Source: Eledone cirrhosa (Eukaryota). Taken from it: 64,000 nt of DNA. Below the pieces are notes generated by a model. It ran no database searches and was not told where the DNA came from. It saw nothing but the letters and a program-made list of their open reading frames with translations. A program made the position numbers and the translations under genes. Shown here piece by piece: positions 1 to 13,872 of this stretch; the first letter of the stretch is position 1; each line of letters begins with the position of its first letter. The DNA lies in contig OZ024747.1 of assembly GCA_964016885.1 (NCBI GenBank), positions 45,012,001 through 45,076,000 on the forward strand, in the 5' to 3' direction.

Positions 1-80
1 ACTAATTACAGCAGTGTCAGCAACGTTGATGAAAAATAATAATCCAGAAATGTTTACAGTTGTCTCTCTTGCTTCATCAA

Positions 81-260
81 ATAATAATTGTTTCTACTTT
101 TGGTACAAGGCCAGCAATTACCCAGTGCATTACTGGTACTTTATTTTGTCGACCCCGTAAGGATGAAAGGCAAAGTTAACCTCGGCGGGATTTGAACTCA
201 GACCGTAAAGGGACGTAACTACACTGGAAAGCATGTCTGACCCTCTACTGGTACTGCCAA
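81..260 (-). mobile_element. tRNA-derived SINE family A copy
   Basis: Reverse complement gives A-box-like TGGCAGTA, B-box GAGTTCAAATCC, central ACTTTGCCTTTCATCCTTACGGGGTCGA and tail GTAGAAACAATTATT; more than 12 near-identical copies in the window. Confidence 0.85.
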
Positions 261-875
261 AATAATGTTAACCAGATGTTAATGCTTTTTTAATCATTGT
301 ATTTAACCCTGATGTTGAAAACAGTGGAAATATTAAATCACACGTTTTTATTTTATAATAATTTTGATGTTAGTTCTATCATCTGTAAAACATTAAGGCA
401 AATTTGTTGTTATGAGAGAAAAAACCACGTTTGATAAAATATTTCTAAATCTGTTAATTATGGTTAGTAAATAAATGTCTCTTAACTCTTAATGGAGTCA
501 TAGGGGCACTGTTCTGACACATGCCGTGTCTTGGACATTTATAAGTCTGAATAGCTGGTTTCTTCTAAAAAAGAAAGAAATGGGAGAAAGTGAGATAGAG
601 GAAGAATGAACCCTAGTACTGGACTGATATTTTATCAACTTCAAAAGGATGAAAGGCAAATTATACTTGGAAGGATTTGAATTTAGAGTGTAGTGAGATA
701 GGGCAAATAACTAATAGCTCTGCCTTACTCATGGTATGACGTGATGAAACTATTTAAACAGTAATATTCCTGAAAATTCCCCCATTTGCCATAGTTTCCT
801 TATAAGAGTGTTAATTCATATTAACTGTTATGACATTGAAGTAGTCTCCAAACATTGCTGTTTCTGTGTCGTTGT

Positions 876-1105
876 TTAACCCTTTAGCATTTACATTACT
901 CTATATATATACTATTGTATTTTTGTGGTAAAGGCTTTATCTCACATAGTTATCTCACATAATATCAAATCTACGAGATTTTGATGTTATTTATTTTGAG
1001 AACAATACTTTAAATCAATAAGAACAACCAGTTATGGCCGGTTTGAACAGAAAGAGGTGAGAGAATACTGGCTGGATATGGCCAGTTTAAATGCTAAAGG
1101 GTTAA
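876..1105. mobile_element. piggyBac-like MITE family 1 (about 220 bp)
   Basis: TTAA|CCCTTTAGCATTTA ... TAAATGCTAAAGGG|TTAA: terminal inverted repeats with TTAA duplication; inserted into the end of an older repeat (gttgtttaa|cctcagatc). Confidence 0.85.
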
Positions 1106-1860
1106 CCTCAGATCAACCTTCATTGAGCAAGCCTATGATCAAAAGTATTTTAGCTATGACCATTCTATCTCTTATTTCAGGCATAATGTATCTAGAATTA
1201 CATTATCTAGTACACCCATTATTGTTGTTTGCCCTCACGTTAACTCTCATCCCTCTCTTCTTTTTTTTGCATATCCAGATCTACATTATCCATTATGTAA
1301 TTTCTTTTTTTTGAGAGGCAGAGTTGATTGCTATTTCTAACAGATTAAACTACCATGTAGGGATTTCCTTGATAGTCATCTTTTCTCGGTTTCAGATTGT
1401 AGGATTTAATTTGTGGGAAATTTGGCTGATATTTCTAAATTATTTCTATAATGAATTGCTTCTTTATTTAATTCCCATACAATTCTACTAATTCTAAAGA
1501 GGAACATTTATGCATCAGATCAATGAAAACCCTTATATTTCTTACTTGCATCATTGACTAAGGTTGATTATATTTTATAAAATGTAAAACAATCACAGAT
1601 ACAAATACAAAAACCTTTACATTTATATGACAGAGAGCATACTTGATTATTTCTGATTAAAAAAAACACCTTTAAATGTTGCACATATTTTGATTATCTA
1701 AAAACAAATGCCTACTTTTAGAAACTAAGTTCAGAGTATAGGAGAGTGATTGGTAATATTGTATAATTATAAAACTGTGCTGTAAATATTCAATGTAGTT
1801 ATCAATGTAATTATCATATAGATAATTAATTCTGCTTCACATGGTATAATATATATATGT

Positions 1861-2112
1861 TTAACCCTTTCTTAACCATATTTTCAAAGAAATACTTAGT
1901 TTTAAGTTTCAGTTAATATTGAAGACAACCAATAATTTAAATGAATCTATAAAATAACTAACTTGGTATATTAAGCCAGTGATTGGTGCATAATCTAAAA
2001 CAAATTTTCACATACAATTATGATGGAATGTTTTAAATTTAAATATGAAACAGATGATTTTCTATCATGAAACCAGGGAAGGGTTCTACTGGGTTGGTAT
2101 CAAAAGAGTTAA
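1861..2112. mobile_element. piggyBac-like MITE family 2, diverged
   Basis: TTAACCCTTTC...CCATATTT at left and GGTTGGTATCAAAAGAGTTAA at right; related copies at about 8306, 22614, 41650, 48585 and 60045. Confidence 0.65.
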
Positions 2113-3081
2113 GTATAAAGAGAGAGAGAGTGGGGAAAGAGATACAGAGAGAGTTAATGATAAGAGCAGAATTTTTTAACATAGCTTCACTACTTCACAT
2201 CTCAAATTTCTCAAGATATCCACCTTTGTACTTAAAATGAGGTCAAATATAGAAGTAGATTCCTTAGGATTAGGAAAAAAGGGGTCGAAATTCATGTTTT
2301 TAACTAATATGAATTTCTTTATTCAGCAAAACTTATAAATAAATATAGGTGGCATATTGGCAGAGTTATTTGGGCATTGAGAAAAATGCTTTGCAATATT
2401 AATTCTTGGTCTCTGTGATCTGAGTTCAAATTCCACTAAGGTGAACTTTGTTTTTCTTCCTTCCAGTGTCAATAAATAAAGTACCATTCCAGTACTGGGG
2501 TTGATTTTTCTTCTCTCTTGCTTTCTTTTACTCTCAATCTCTGTGGTCAAACTTGTTGAGGGACTGGTGCTGCCAGGTTTAAAATACCTGATTACATTAA
2601 TGTTATACTTTCATTAGGAATAATAGCATCAATGATAAGATCATTAAATACACAGGTATATTCTCACTCAGTTTAGAATAGGTACACCATAAGAAGTAAT
2701 TAAAACGGCTAGTGTCAGTAAAGTTGATTAAATCGACCCCAGTACTTTACTAGTGCTTTATTTTACCGGGCCCAGAAGGATGAAAAACAAATGTAATGTA
2801 AATTTAATGGTTGGAGAGAGAAGCAATGTGGTTTAACCACTTTTTACAGCATCACTATCAATGTTTACACAAGACACACAACTGTAAGTTTGGCTATGTT
2901 ATGCATCCTTGACATCCATCCACCTATCCATTTATTTATCTATCTATCTATTAATTCAATAATAAATATTCATACTAGAATACTACATATATTAGAAGAT
3001 TTCAAGGTAAATTTTATTTATATGTTACTACATAATATGCATAGAAGCTGTTAGCAGGAGGTTTGCTTAGGGTCATAGACA

Positions 3082-3415
3082 TGAGATGTTTCATATTGCT
3101 AAATAATGTGTCCACGATAAACAGGACATTGCTGGGGAAAGGTGTATTCGAAATGACACTAGTGCACTTTACGTCACTGATGCCCAAAAGAAAGAGAACT
3201 GGAAATGTCATTATGAGAGGTTGATGAATGTGGAGAATAAGTGGGAGAAAGAGAAACTATTCCCAGCTAACCCAGCAGAGAGAGACTAGCTATGACAATT
3301 TATAGTTATAATGAAGAAGCAATTAAGGAGATGAAAAATTGTAAGGCCAGCGGTCCATCAGAGATAGATGCTTCTAGGGAAGTAAGAGTCAAAGTAATTA
3401 CCTTTATAATCAGTC
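3082..3415 (+). pseudogene. RTE-clade LINE ORF fragment (region upstream of RT), decayed
   Basis: Translates as EMFHIAK*CVHDKQDIAGERCIRNDTSALYVTDAQKKENWKCHYERLMNVENKWEKE, homologous to KCHYERLLNEENKWDKD of the RTE copy near 62450. Confidence 0.8.
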
Positions 3416-3990
3416 AGTTGTGGTTCTCAATTTTATATGTATTCAAACATTATCATAACTATTAGTAGCTTTCTATCTAGGCAGACACCACAGCTTGAGG
3501 TCCACTATCTCATTATTTACTTTTCTTTGTTTACTTTTGTCCTTCTATCTGTGCCGTTTGTTTTATCATACACACATCATACCGGCAGAAAGATTTATTT
3601 TTCTCTTGCATGATCCAAAATGGCACTTTCAATTAAATCGTGCGAAACAATTTTGCTGGCTTGAGAGTTGATGAGAGTGAAGATGTGTAAACTTGTCTTG
3701 TAAATCACCTTTCTTTGTTTCCTTCTTCCAGACACTTCTATGCACCAACACACTTTTCCTTGTCTTCCTCCTCTTTCAATTATTTCTATATTTCATCTGG
3801 TTATCACCCACCTTGTGGATTGTCTCTCTATTGACCATGGTGCTGGTCTCTGTCCACTGAGCCATTTTTGCCCATCGCTGTATTTGACAGCATTTAGGTG
3901 TTTTAACGACTGTTCTAGCAATAAGTTTTCTCATTTTTATAGGTATTCAAACACACTCTTGCTTCGTCTCGTTCAGAGATAACATTGTCT

Positions 3991-4060
<70 letters not shown>

Positions 4061-4388
4061 TTATGCACGCTCTTTGACATATATTTCATTTTTATGACTC
4101 TTAATTTGTTGCCTTACAGTTGATGGAACGGGAGGCTTGGGAGCAGAATTAGTATTGGAATTTTATAGACATGTGGAGGAGGTTACTTTACAGTGTGGCA
4201 GACTATTTATTGACCTCTAGTAAGAGCAAATATACACATCAGTAAACAGTGATACAATACACCAGTAAATAACATTAAAATGAGGAAATAGCTATTAAAA
4301 TTGTGAAAAAAATCAGAAAGATCAAAAAAATACTATTAAAATTAAATATGTGTGTGTGTATATATATATATATATGTGTGTGTGTGAG

Positions 4389-4466
<78 letters not shown>

Positions 4467-6529
4467 ATTTTTTCTATTTACTTATTGATAAACAACAATA
4501 AATTATTCCAAAACGAAGTGGAAATGAAACTATATATTTCATAGCTGACCTATCCCACCCTGCCATACACACCCATGTTTTATGTGCTTGAATACTCCTG
4601 CTGCTGTCATTGATAGTAAGTAAGCCAATAGCTTTATTTATATGACTTGCTATTGAAGCAGATTCCTTAATTGTGGACAGACAACTCTGTAATTAAGAAC
4701 ATCTGAGTCCTCTATCTGCTCCCATTGTTTGTGCCTATTGGAATGACAGGGAGGGATTAGTGCATTGTAACATTGTTAATCAATTTGTGTATTGTCTTCA
4801 TAGAAAACGCTTTCACTCTAGGCTTTTGAAATCTGAGACTTTGATAAATCACTTGTTTAAGGAACTGATTTATCAATCTAGTTAGTTTTCTTTGATAATT
4901 TTACTGGCTTTCTTCCATCAAACAATTTTTTGTTGTTGTTATCAGTTCAATATGGCTCATTCTTTACATGAAAATCTCTAGTATGCATTGTTTCTTTCTA
5001 GATGTAATTATATTGTAGTTTTTTAATGTTGCACTTTGAATAATGTGACAAATACATAGCCTTTAGGCAGCGGAGTTGAAAAGGCCTTGATTGGTTGATC
5101 TGCACTTTAAATCACAACAGTTCAGTGTCTGCAAGGAAGACATATGGGTTGAGTGTTTTATATGAAAATTGTGTAGGAAATAAACAAATCATAAACAAAA
5201 CAAAACAAGGATGTCTAGAAGAAAATAATGGCTTCTAAGCCCAGAGACAAACTATAAGTAGTGTGTAGGTAGTGGGTGGGCTCATATTACTTCATGTAAA
5301 TCTAACGAGTAAACACTTTAGTAAAGTCCAGACAAGCTGTGTTTTAAAATTGAATAATAATAAGAGACACAAAAGGAAATATTTTATATTGATGTCTGAA
5401 AGAAAGAAACTGTGAAGAGCAATGTATGTAATTTACATAATAATAAAATATACAGACAAGAAATAGGTTTTACATTCAGCTCAGTTGTCAAAATTCCCCA
5501 TAAAGTTATTAATTATCACCTCTTTAAAGATTCTATAATTCTGATATATTCAAAACTAGTGTATCTACTGAGAGTTTTTGGTTATATTAGTATATTGCAC
5601 TGTATGATTATTATTAAAGAACAATGAACAAGTTTGGTTTGGGACAAAGAAGTAGTATTGTTGAATAACACATCAAGTTATTATAATGCCATCACTGAAT
5701 ATCATTTATGTTTCCATAGGAATTTGAGGGAAGGTATACTGAACTGGTTTCTCCTCATTCATTATCATCATCTTTTTATGTCCACTTCCCTTCATGGTAT
5801 GGGCTGAATGAATCATTATGATCTGAGTCAGTTCTTATTGAAAGGTTTTGCTATCCCAGATGGGTCAAAGAACCACTTCTTGCTCATATGATCCAGTTTT
5901 GGCATGGTTTTTAGGAGGGCATGCTCTTCCATACACAAATAACTTTACAGAATGTACTAAGGTCATCAACTCTAGAGATGCTTTCAAGTCCTCATCATGA
6001 TTAAAGAGTCTTCTCTACTTTACATTGGCTATTCAATCATCAATCACTGGAAGCACATGGAAAGGATCAAACTTCAAATGAAATTTGAACCCTACTATAG
6101 ATCAAGCTAATGAAACATCGGTCTATTTGGCATTTAACCACAGGTCAGCTCTAATTAAGCAGATCTATGATCAAACACATTCCTGGTACAGCCATTCTGG
6201 TTTTTTAAGAGTAATATAGGATTACATAAGATTAAACCAACAAAAACCCTGGCAATGAGATTATGGGGGTCTGTAAAAGTTAACAAAATTATGAACTTTG
6301 TTATACCAAATGAACTGTAAAGAGTTCATTAGAAACACGAAAAGGTTCCAATAAAGATATTGAAACTGGAAAGCAGTTGTATCTTTATCTCCCTCTCAAC
6401 ATATGTCCACCAAACAAATTTCTCTCAATTTCCATCAAAATGTTTTATCATTTTGAAAATAATAAAAAAAATCATAAGTGGTGTCTTAAAAATAAATTCA
6501 TGAAACAGTTAAATCTGAATACTTTAAAA

Positions 6530-7349
6530 CAGAGGTTCTCAAAGTGGGGTTACTGCCCCCTGGGGGTGTTGAGAAGGTCCAGGGGCGCACTGGGGCCTAA
6601 GGGGAAGTAGAGATGATATAATAGTATATCAAATGATACATATTATATATAAATATAGTAAAACAAAAAATATAATATTTATTTATACTTAGTATATATT
6701 ATATTATCTATTATATATAATCTAATGATTTAATTTATTATATATTACTAGCAGAAAAACCACCCTATGGGTGGTTTTCTGCTAACATGTGTAGTGTGTA
6801 TATTGATATTATACACAAATATAAATGCATGTAGATATGATACATCAAATAAAATCGTAATTGACAATATACACAGAAATTGAACAAAGTCTATGTCTAT
6901 GTCTTCTGTAATCAGTAATCCATGATATATAAAAAAAAAGACGACATTATATATAAACTGCATTAGTAGAAAATTAGTGACGGAAATATATGTGATTATA
7001 AGTGTTATACTATAACGGTCGCTAACCGGAAGTGTTGACATTTGATAATTTTAAAGAAGTGAATTTTAAAGATCTTTAAATAAGCTATAAAATATATTTA
7101 ATTAACAGCCACGAAATTTAGCACATAAATTATGTAATAATCATTCATTATTTATTCAAAGTAATCCAACTTATTTTACAAACGGGGTAAAAAAATATAT
7201 TCTGGACGCAGCCCCATAGACCTTCCTTTATTATAGTTAAGATTTACAATTTGTGTGTAGGCAAGTCTCTCTGGAAATAGGGTTGGTGGGTGCTGAGGGT
7301 ATTATGTGACCATGAGGGGGCAGTGGCACCAAAAGTTTGAGAACCTCAG
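6530..7349. mobile_element. hAT (Charlie-like) MITE interrupted by a Helitron
   Basis: TIRs CAGAGGTTCTCAAA ... TTTGAGAACCTCAG; flanking 8-mers CTTTAAAA / CTCTGAAA (6/8) fit a decayed 8-bp TSD. Confidence 0.65.
6748..7242 (-). mobile_element. non-autonomous Helitron
   Basis: Minus strand starts TC (TCTTAACTATAATAAAGG) and ends CTAG with subterminal hairpin AACCACCC-TAT-GGGTGGTT; sits between A and T. Confidence 0.7.
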
Positions 7350-8305
7350 CTCTGAAATATCAGAATTTCTACCATAGAACTAAAGGTGATGGTTTCAGGT
7401 AGATTTATATGAAGAGGGTTAAGATGCAACTGCGGATTTAATGAGTTGCTAACAGTATCATGTAGAATATTTACTTTAGAAGAAGGTAGCAAGAAGTTGA
7501 TGAATTATTTAACATTTGTTATAATTTAAGAAAATAACCTCAACATAGTGATAATGAGGTATAGTAACAATTTACTGAAAAAGCAAAAAAGCAATAAAAA
7601 AAAAAAACAAAGAAACAAAAGAAAACAAATGAAACAGAGTAGCTAAGAAGGAAAGAGGTGTAATGTATGAAAGTGGGTGGAATTAGAGTGGTCAGTCAAA
7701 TAATCTCATCAAATCTATTCTAAAATCGGAAATTAATTCTGAAAGGTTGATTGGTTAAAGAAAATGTTAATGAAGATACTAAAGACTAAAATAAAAATAA
7801 AGAAAAATCTAACTTTAGCAACAAATACTGATTCTGGTGTATTGCTCACAAGAAGCAGAGCAATTATTTGTCTAATTCCTCCTTATTGTTCATCTAAGTT
7901 AGCTTTGGATAAAAACTAGTGAGAATTGGAGAATGTGTGGGTTGAAGATTATAACAAGAACATTAAGGATATACAAGAATATGTAATTAGATATAATTAG
8001 GAGAGTGTATGATTTGTTGAAAGACATGCTCAGTTCAGCAGGTTGTGCTATGTCTTCTTAATCTTTTAGCATTTAAATTGGCCATATCCGGCCAGAATTC
8101 TCTCACCTCTTTCTTTTCAAACTGGCTGTAACTGGCCACTCATACTTAAAGTGTTGTTCTCAAAATAAATAATCTCATAGATTTGATATTATATAAGATA
8201 AAGCCTTTGTCACAAAAAATACAATAGTATATATAGAGTAATGTAAAAGCTAAAGAAATGAATAAAAAAAATATAAATCAAGCAAACAAAAAAATCCAAG
8301 CAATT

Positions 8306-8780
8306 AATGAGCCCCATTGATACCAACCCATTCAAAACTACCTGTTTTAATGAAACAAAACCTCCCATTTTTAAAGGTTCCTATCAAAACTAAAATCTTC
8401 CAACATAATTCAATATGAGAAATTTTTGTTATGTTACAAATCCCATTTTAATGAGGAAATAATACCACCTTAACCCTTTAGTATTCAAACCGGCTGTATC
8501 CAGCCAGAATTCTCTCACATCTTTCTGTTCAAACCGACCGTAACTGGCCACTCATACTGATGTTAAGGTGTTGTTCACAAAATAAACAATATGAAAATCT
8601 CAGATTCGATATTATGTGAGATAAAGCCTTTACCACGAAAATACAATAGTAAATATAGAGTAATATAAATGTTAAAGGGTTAAACATTAAAAAGTTAATA
8701 ATTTTAGGAAATCCATTCAGATTAGTTAATTAATTGAAATACAGTGTATTTCATGAGAAATATGGTAATGAAAGGGTTAA
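8306..8780. mobile_element. piggyBac-like MITE family 2 containing a family 1 MITE
   Basis: Decayed left end CCCCATTGATACCAACC, right end GAAATATGGTAATGAAAGGGTTAA. Confidence 0.6.
8470..8683. mobile_element. piggyBac-like MITE family 1 (opposite orientation to 876 copy)
   Basis: TTAACCCTTTAGTATTCAAACCGG ... TAAATGTTAAAGGGTTAA; body is the reverse complement of 876-1105; a further partial copy lies at about 8058-8255. Confidence 0.8.
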
Positions 8781-9533
8781 CATATTTCAGTTATTGTCTC
8801 TGATGATTAGTGCCAGGTGAAACCTGATTATGTAACCTGGATCATACCATCATTTGTTAGACAGTGCATATTAGATCACACCCTTCAATGTGTCTTTCCA
8901 TTCTTTCTCAACATTCTGCAGGATGTTTTTAATTTTCAAGAATGTATTGTTAATGTGATTTAATGTGGTACAGGATGTTAAAATATTTTCTAGATGGTTT
9001 ACCATTGTTGTCAATTGAGAGCTTGATAATATAAAAAGAGAAAACAGGCAAAAATATACAATGGTTTCTAATTTATGTACAAAGCCAGCAATTTTAAAAG
9101 TAGTCAAAATTTGATTAAATTATCTACAGTACTTGATTGCCATTTTGCTTTATTAACTTTACCCAGAAGGAGGAAAAAGCAAAATTGAGCTTGGCAGGAT
9201 TTGAACTCAGAATGTAAAGTTCTGTAACTAAATGACACTTAGCATTTTAGTTTGATGCTTTAACAACTTTATCAGTTCAGAATCATAAAAGAAGTTATGA
9301 TGAATTGAGAAATCTTAATCCACAACTAAGAAACTTTCTAGTTATGACTAAATAGAAACAACTCTAGTCAGATGATTGCATTTCTAAATATCTGACATAG
9401 ACAATTATCTCAAACAAAATAACGTTGTTATCACCTTTTTTCTGATAATTCCTCCTATTATTTTCCAAAGTCTTACCTCATGTCCAGGATACTTAGTTCT
9501 GATTACATTTGAACTTTGTGAATCCAAGGGAAC

Positions 9534-9624
9534 AGAACATTTATTTATTCTATCTCCTTTTAGCCTATATATATATATATAGCCTATATATAGGCTAAAA
9601 GGAGATAGAATAAATAAATGTTCT
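9534..9624. repeat. perfect inverted repeat centred on (TA)n
   Basis: AGAACATTTATTTATTCTATCTCCTTTTAGCCTATATA ... TATATAGGCTAAAAGGAGATAGAATAAATAAATGTTCT. Confidence 0.9.
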
Positions 9625-10141
9625 AATATATATATTTGTTGCCTTTGAATATTCAAGAATGTTCTAGAAATGAAGCAATGCAATGCAATGCCAAAAAATA
9701 ACAACAGATAAATAGAATAAAAAACAATACAAAGAATGATAGAGCAAAAAGAAACCTCTAGAAAAAAGTTTAAACAGAAAAAGAAATGTGACTAATAAAT
9801 AAATATCTCTCTCTCACTCTCTCTCTCCCTCTATTTATTTATTATTTTTTTATAATTCTTGCTCTTGTCATTATTAAAGTGTTAGATTCCAAGAAAAATT
9901 AGTCTTTCTCACCAAAACTAAAACCCAGGAAGAATTTTATTACAGCAAGATTTCCACAGATTTCACCAGAAAGGTGTTTTTATCTTGACACATACAGTGT
10001 AAAAATGAATAAAATTGACATGGTTTTCAAGTCATATACAGTATAGATTAGACTTGCATGACAACATTTATTCAGCAGAAGATAATAAATAAAAAAAATA
10101 AAAAAACCTTATGCAGTTAACCTCTCTCTCTTTCTCTCTCC

Positions 10142-10143
<2 letters not shown>

Positions 10144-10190
<47 letters not shown>

Positions 10191-10211
10191 CACACACATA
10201 TATATATACAG

Positions 10212-10251
<40 letters not shown>

Positions 10252-10380
10252 TAATATATATATATATATATAATATATATATATATAATATATATATATA
10301 TACATATATAATATATATATATATATATAATATATATATACATATGTAATATATATATACACATGTAATATATATATATG
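10144..10380. repeat. compound (TA)n/(CA)n microsatellite
   Basis: Direct reading; similar tracts at about 3996-4058, 4350-4465 and 10710-10898. Confidence 0.95.
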
Positions 10381-10707
10381 TTGATGTTTTTTAGTTTAGC
10401 TTGTTTCAATATATTTGTTTTCTTTTAAATTTATATCTTTATGTTTTTTCATCTTCATCTGTTACATATTTTCTTTTTTTTTGACATCTCAATAAATTTA
10501 TAGTTTTTATATTGATAGAAAATGCCAATAGAGGTAGCTAATGTTACTCCTGATTGAACACAGATGTTTTTGCTTTCATTTGTTTGTGTTTTATTTGCTA
10601 GATATATGTATCTATACATACATATATATATCACATGTATATGCATTTGTATATAAAGGCATGTTTGTATATATATATATATTGGCAACATGACCCTCCC
10701 AAAGTAT

Positions 10708-10758
<51 letters not shown>

Positions 10759-10814
10759 TATGTGTGTATGTATATGTATATATAGGCATATTTGTGTGTA
10801 TATATGTATGTAGG

Positions 10815-10891
<77 letters not shown>

Positions 10892-11624
10892 TATATATGT
10901 TTTGCTGGAAAATACTAGATCTACAAAAGAGTTTGAAACATCAGGTGGTGACCTAATTTTCTTTTTCCTTTTTTACCACAAAAACAGTAAATTGATGGTA
11001 AAAATTCATCATACTACCAAAATTAAGTATGAAATCTATTGTGCTGATAAATGGAAATATGTATCACCAGTCTTTTTAATAATTTGTCTAGGTATCATTT
11101 TCTACATTTTGTCAGATTTTGCTATGAAAAATGAATAAATAAACAAACAAACGGGTAAAAAAAGTGAAAACTAATAAAATTTGCTATAATCTGTGACTTT
11201 CTTTGTCTTCAAGAAGGTTAAACGACTCTATCTAGATTGTGGAAACTACAAAATGTAACCTGGCTTTCAAATTCTCATTTATAACACCAACTGGGGGAAA
11301 ACATATTTTTGCTGCGGGGCAGAGCAAAACAGAGATTTATTTGAAATTGAAAAAAAAATTTGATGATGTGTTATGTTACTTGCTGTGTATAAAGAAATGA
11401 AGAAGGGATAGTGGCTTTTTATGGAGAAACCTGAAACATCATCATCATTTAATGTCCTTTCTCCCTGCTAGGAAGAGTTAGATGGGTCATTGCTATTGAT
11501 TTCTCAGATGTGGAAGGAGGAACATCTCAAATCTTTACAGGGTGTTAAGAGTTAAATGTTGAATTGAGCTGTTAAGAATATTAACCAAATCTTAATATTA
11601 CACACCTCTTTAAAAATAAGGTGA

Positions 11625-11813
11625 AATAATAATTGTTTCTACTTTAGGCACAAGGCCAGCAATTACCCAGTGCATTACTGGTACTTTATTTTATCGACCC
11701 CGTAAGGATGAAAGGCAAAGTCAACCTCGGCGGGATTTGAACTCAGATCGTAAAGGGACGTAACTATGCTGGAAAGCATGGCGTCCGACCCTCTACCGAT
11801 ACTGCCAATTCAC
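11625..11813 (-). mobile_element. SINE family A copy
   Basis: Near full-length match to the other family A copies. Confidence 0.9.
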
Positions 11814-11894
11814 AGGAGGCCTTTAACAATATGTTTGATCAGTGTTTACCTGAGGCTAAGCAACAATAAAAACACAGTATGCTGCCTATACAGT

Positions 11895-12292
11895 CAGACC
11901 CAGGAGGGGGGCGCTTGTCATGGTGAGGGTGCTTGTGTGTTCCGTAAATCCGAGAGAGCATTACTGTCTGGAGCTTTGCTCTTGGTAGGGCCACTTTAGG
12001 TGAGTTGCACTCTTAGGGAGGTTCCAGACCAACAGTGACCTGTGGTGTGTCAGCTAGACACCAAGATGGCAGCCCCATCATCTGACTATTCTGTGGAAGG
12101 CCAACAACCATCCCAGAAGAACCATCAATGTGTTACAGAACCGACTAGAAGAAACCAGACTGCCCAACATCGGAACCAACCCCTGCATTCCCCCTACTAA
12201 TGAGAAAAACTTGGCTCTATGCATGACGATGCTTTGGGATCGCTGCCTTCGTATGACCCCAGCCTTATTGAACAAGAGCAAGAAGAAAAAGA
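11895..12292 (+). mobile_element. element derived from an RTE-type 5' UTR
   Basis: GC-rich island; GCTTGTCATGGTGAGGGTGCTTGTGTGTTCC...GAGAGC...GGTAGGGCCAC resembles 5' ends of RTE/Expander elements as I recall them; ends in an (AAG)-rich tail. Confidence 0.5.
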
Positions 12293-13839
12293 ACCAATAC
12301 AGTTCTTTATTCTAATGCAGGCTCATCATTAGACTATAGTTTACCAATTCTGGAAACTGTCTGAGTATACTACTGAAAACTATGGCCTTATTGTTTCATT
12401 TTCTTTCTGATGAAGGACCTTTTCCTAAAATGACAATGAGGAAGAATATCAGATTACTTTATCTGCTAGAAATAATAATCAAATCGTCCTAAAATCCCTT
12501 ATGGTTATCCTTTAAATAAATGGAAAGATACATTGGGTTATATAGTCTTAGATACACTACACTCCCAAACAAAATAGGATGGCAAGCCAATGAGGAAACA
12601 ATTGTGCATGTCTGAAAATCTGCAGGGTGGGACACAGCTAGAATGCCTTTGATCATAAGTTTCCTTGACCAGTGTTGACCCAGAGCTAAACAACAATAAC
12701 AATATCGACAGTAATAATATCTAATGTGATTCTAATCATGGCAGACAAACTATTGCCAGCTAACAAATTCTATTGACACTGTTATTATAGAAAGTAACTT
12801 TATTTTTTCTGATCAAACTATAAAGATAGCAAAAACAGTTCTTCAGTCAGAATTAATTCACGTTTTATGATTGTCTTTAATCTTTTTTTTTTTCACTTTA
12901 TTCTTTTTTAATTTATTGAAGTTTGGTTTCTAAAGAGACACATTTTTCAGATATGTCACAAATTTCAGCTGGATTGGTCATCTTGGTTCTAAATCAACAT
13001 GGCAGAACCAGCAGCAATGAATACTCTTTGCATATTCTAATATGTTTTAAATAGAAAATTCTTATTGGAAAAAATTCTCCGATGGTAAAACATAATGAAA
13101 TCAGCGTAAACTGTAAAGTATTTTCAGAGCTTACCAAAATAGTTCATGTTTTCAAGAAGTTATTTGTAAATTTCGAATGTTCTAAATAGTTTAGACACAA
13201 ATTATTGGTTTTTGTCTTTCCAGAAATATATGTCTATCTATTCTAGCGTTTTTTTTTGTCATTGGGGAGAAAGAAAAAAAAGATTCTTCTGGAAGTTTGG
13301 TGAGAAACAATTTACGATAAATATATATGATTGTGTGTAGGAACATTAATCCACAAATCAATTCTTGGTGCATGTGTATGCAGCACAAAGTAATGTATGA
13401 ATGTACATGTATGTTTGTCTACACATAATAGTGAGTTGGCAGAGCTGTTAGAGAATTGGATTCAATGTCTTGCAGTATTTGTTCTAGCTCTCTGAGTTCA
13501 AATCGCTTCAAAGTCAACATTGCCTTTTTTGATTTTGGGGGTTTAATATTTAAAGTTGGGGCAATGGAGAGAAAGAACTGTAAGAATATTGGATGGCTTG
13601 ATTTAATTTTTCAGCCATTTGCCTGCAACAATACTGGCTCTCGGCAGTATTGGATGTTGCCTTCATCTTGGAAAACACTGGTGGTGTGTGGAGAAGGGAG
13701 ATTTCTATGCCTGGACAGCTGCTGGTCTTCCCTCTCCAACCCCCAGAATTATCTGGATCTGCTCCTCAGAGAAGAAATTTCCAGGTGCAGATCCATGATT
13801 TCACAAGACATACAAATGTCCTGTATATATGTATGTAGG

Positions 13840-13872
<33 letters not shown>

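Noticed and set aside
12405-12445. CTGATGA-AGGA/TCCT stem; similar partial motifs at about 8800, 20525, 25398 and 31112
   Set aside because: GAAA box or helix I/III missing, so not called hammerheads
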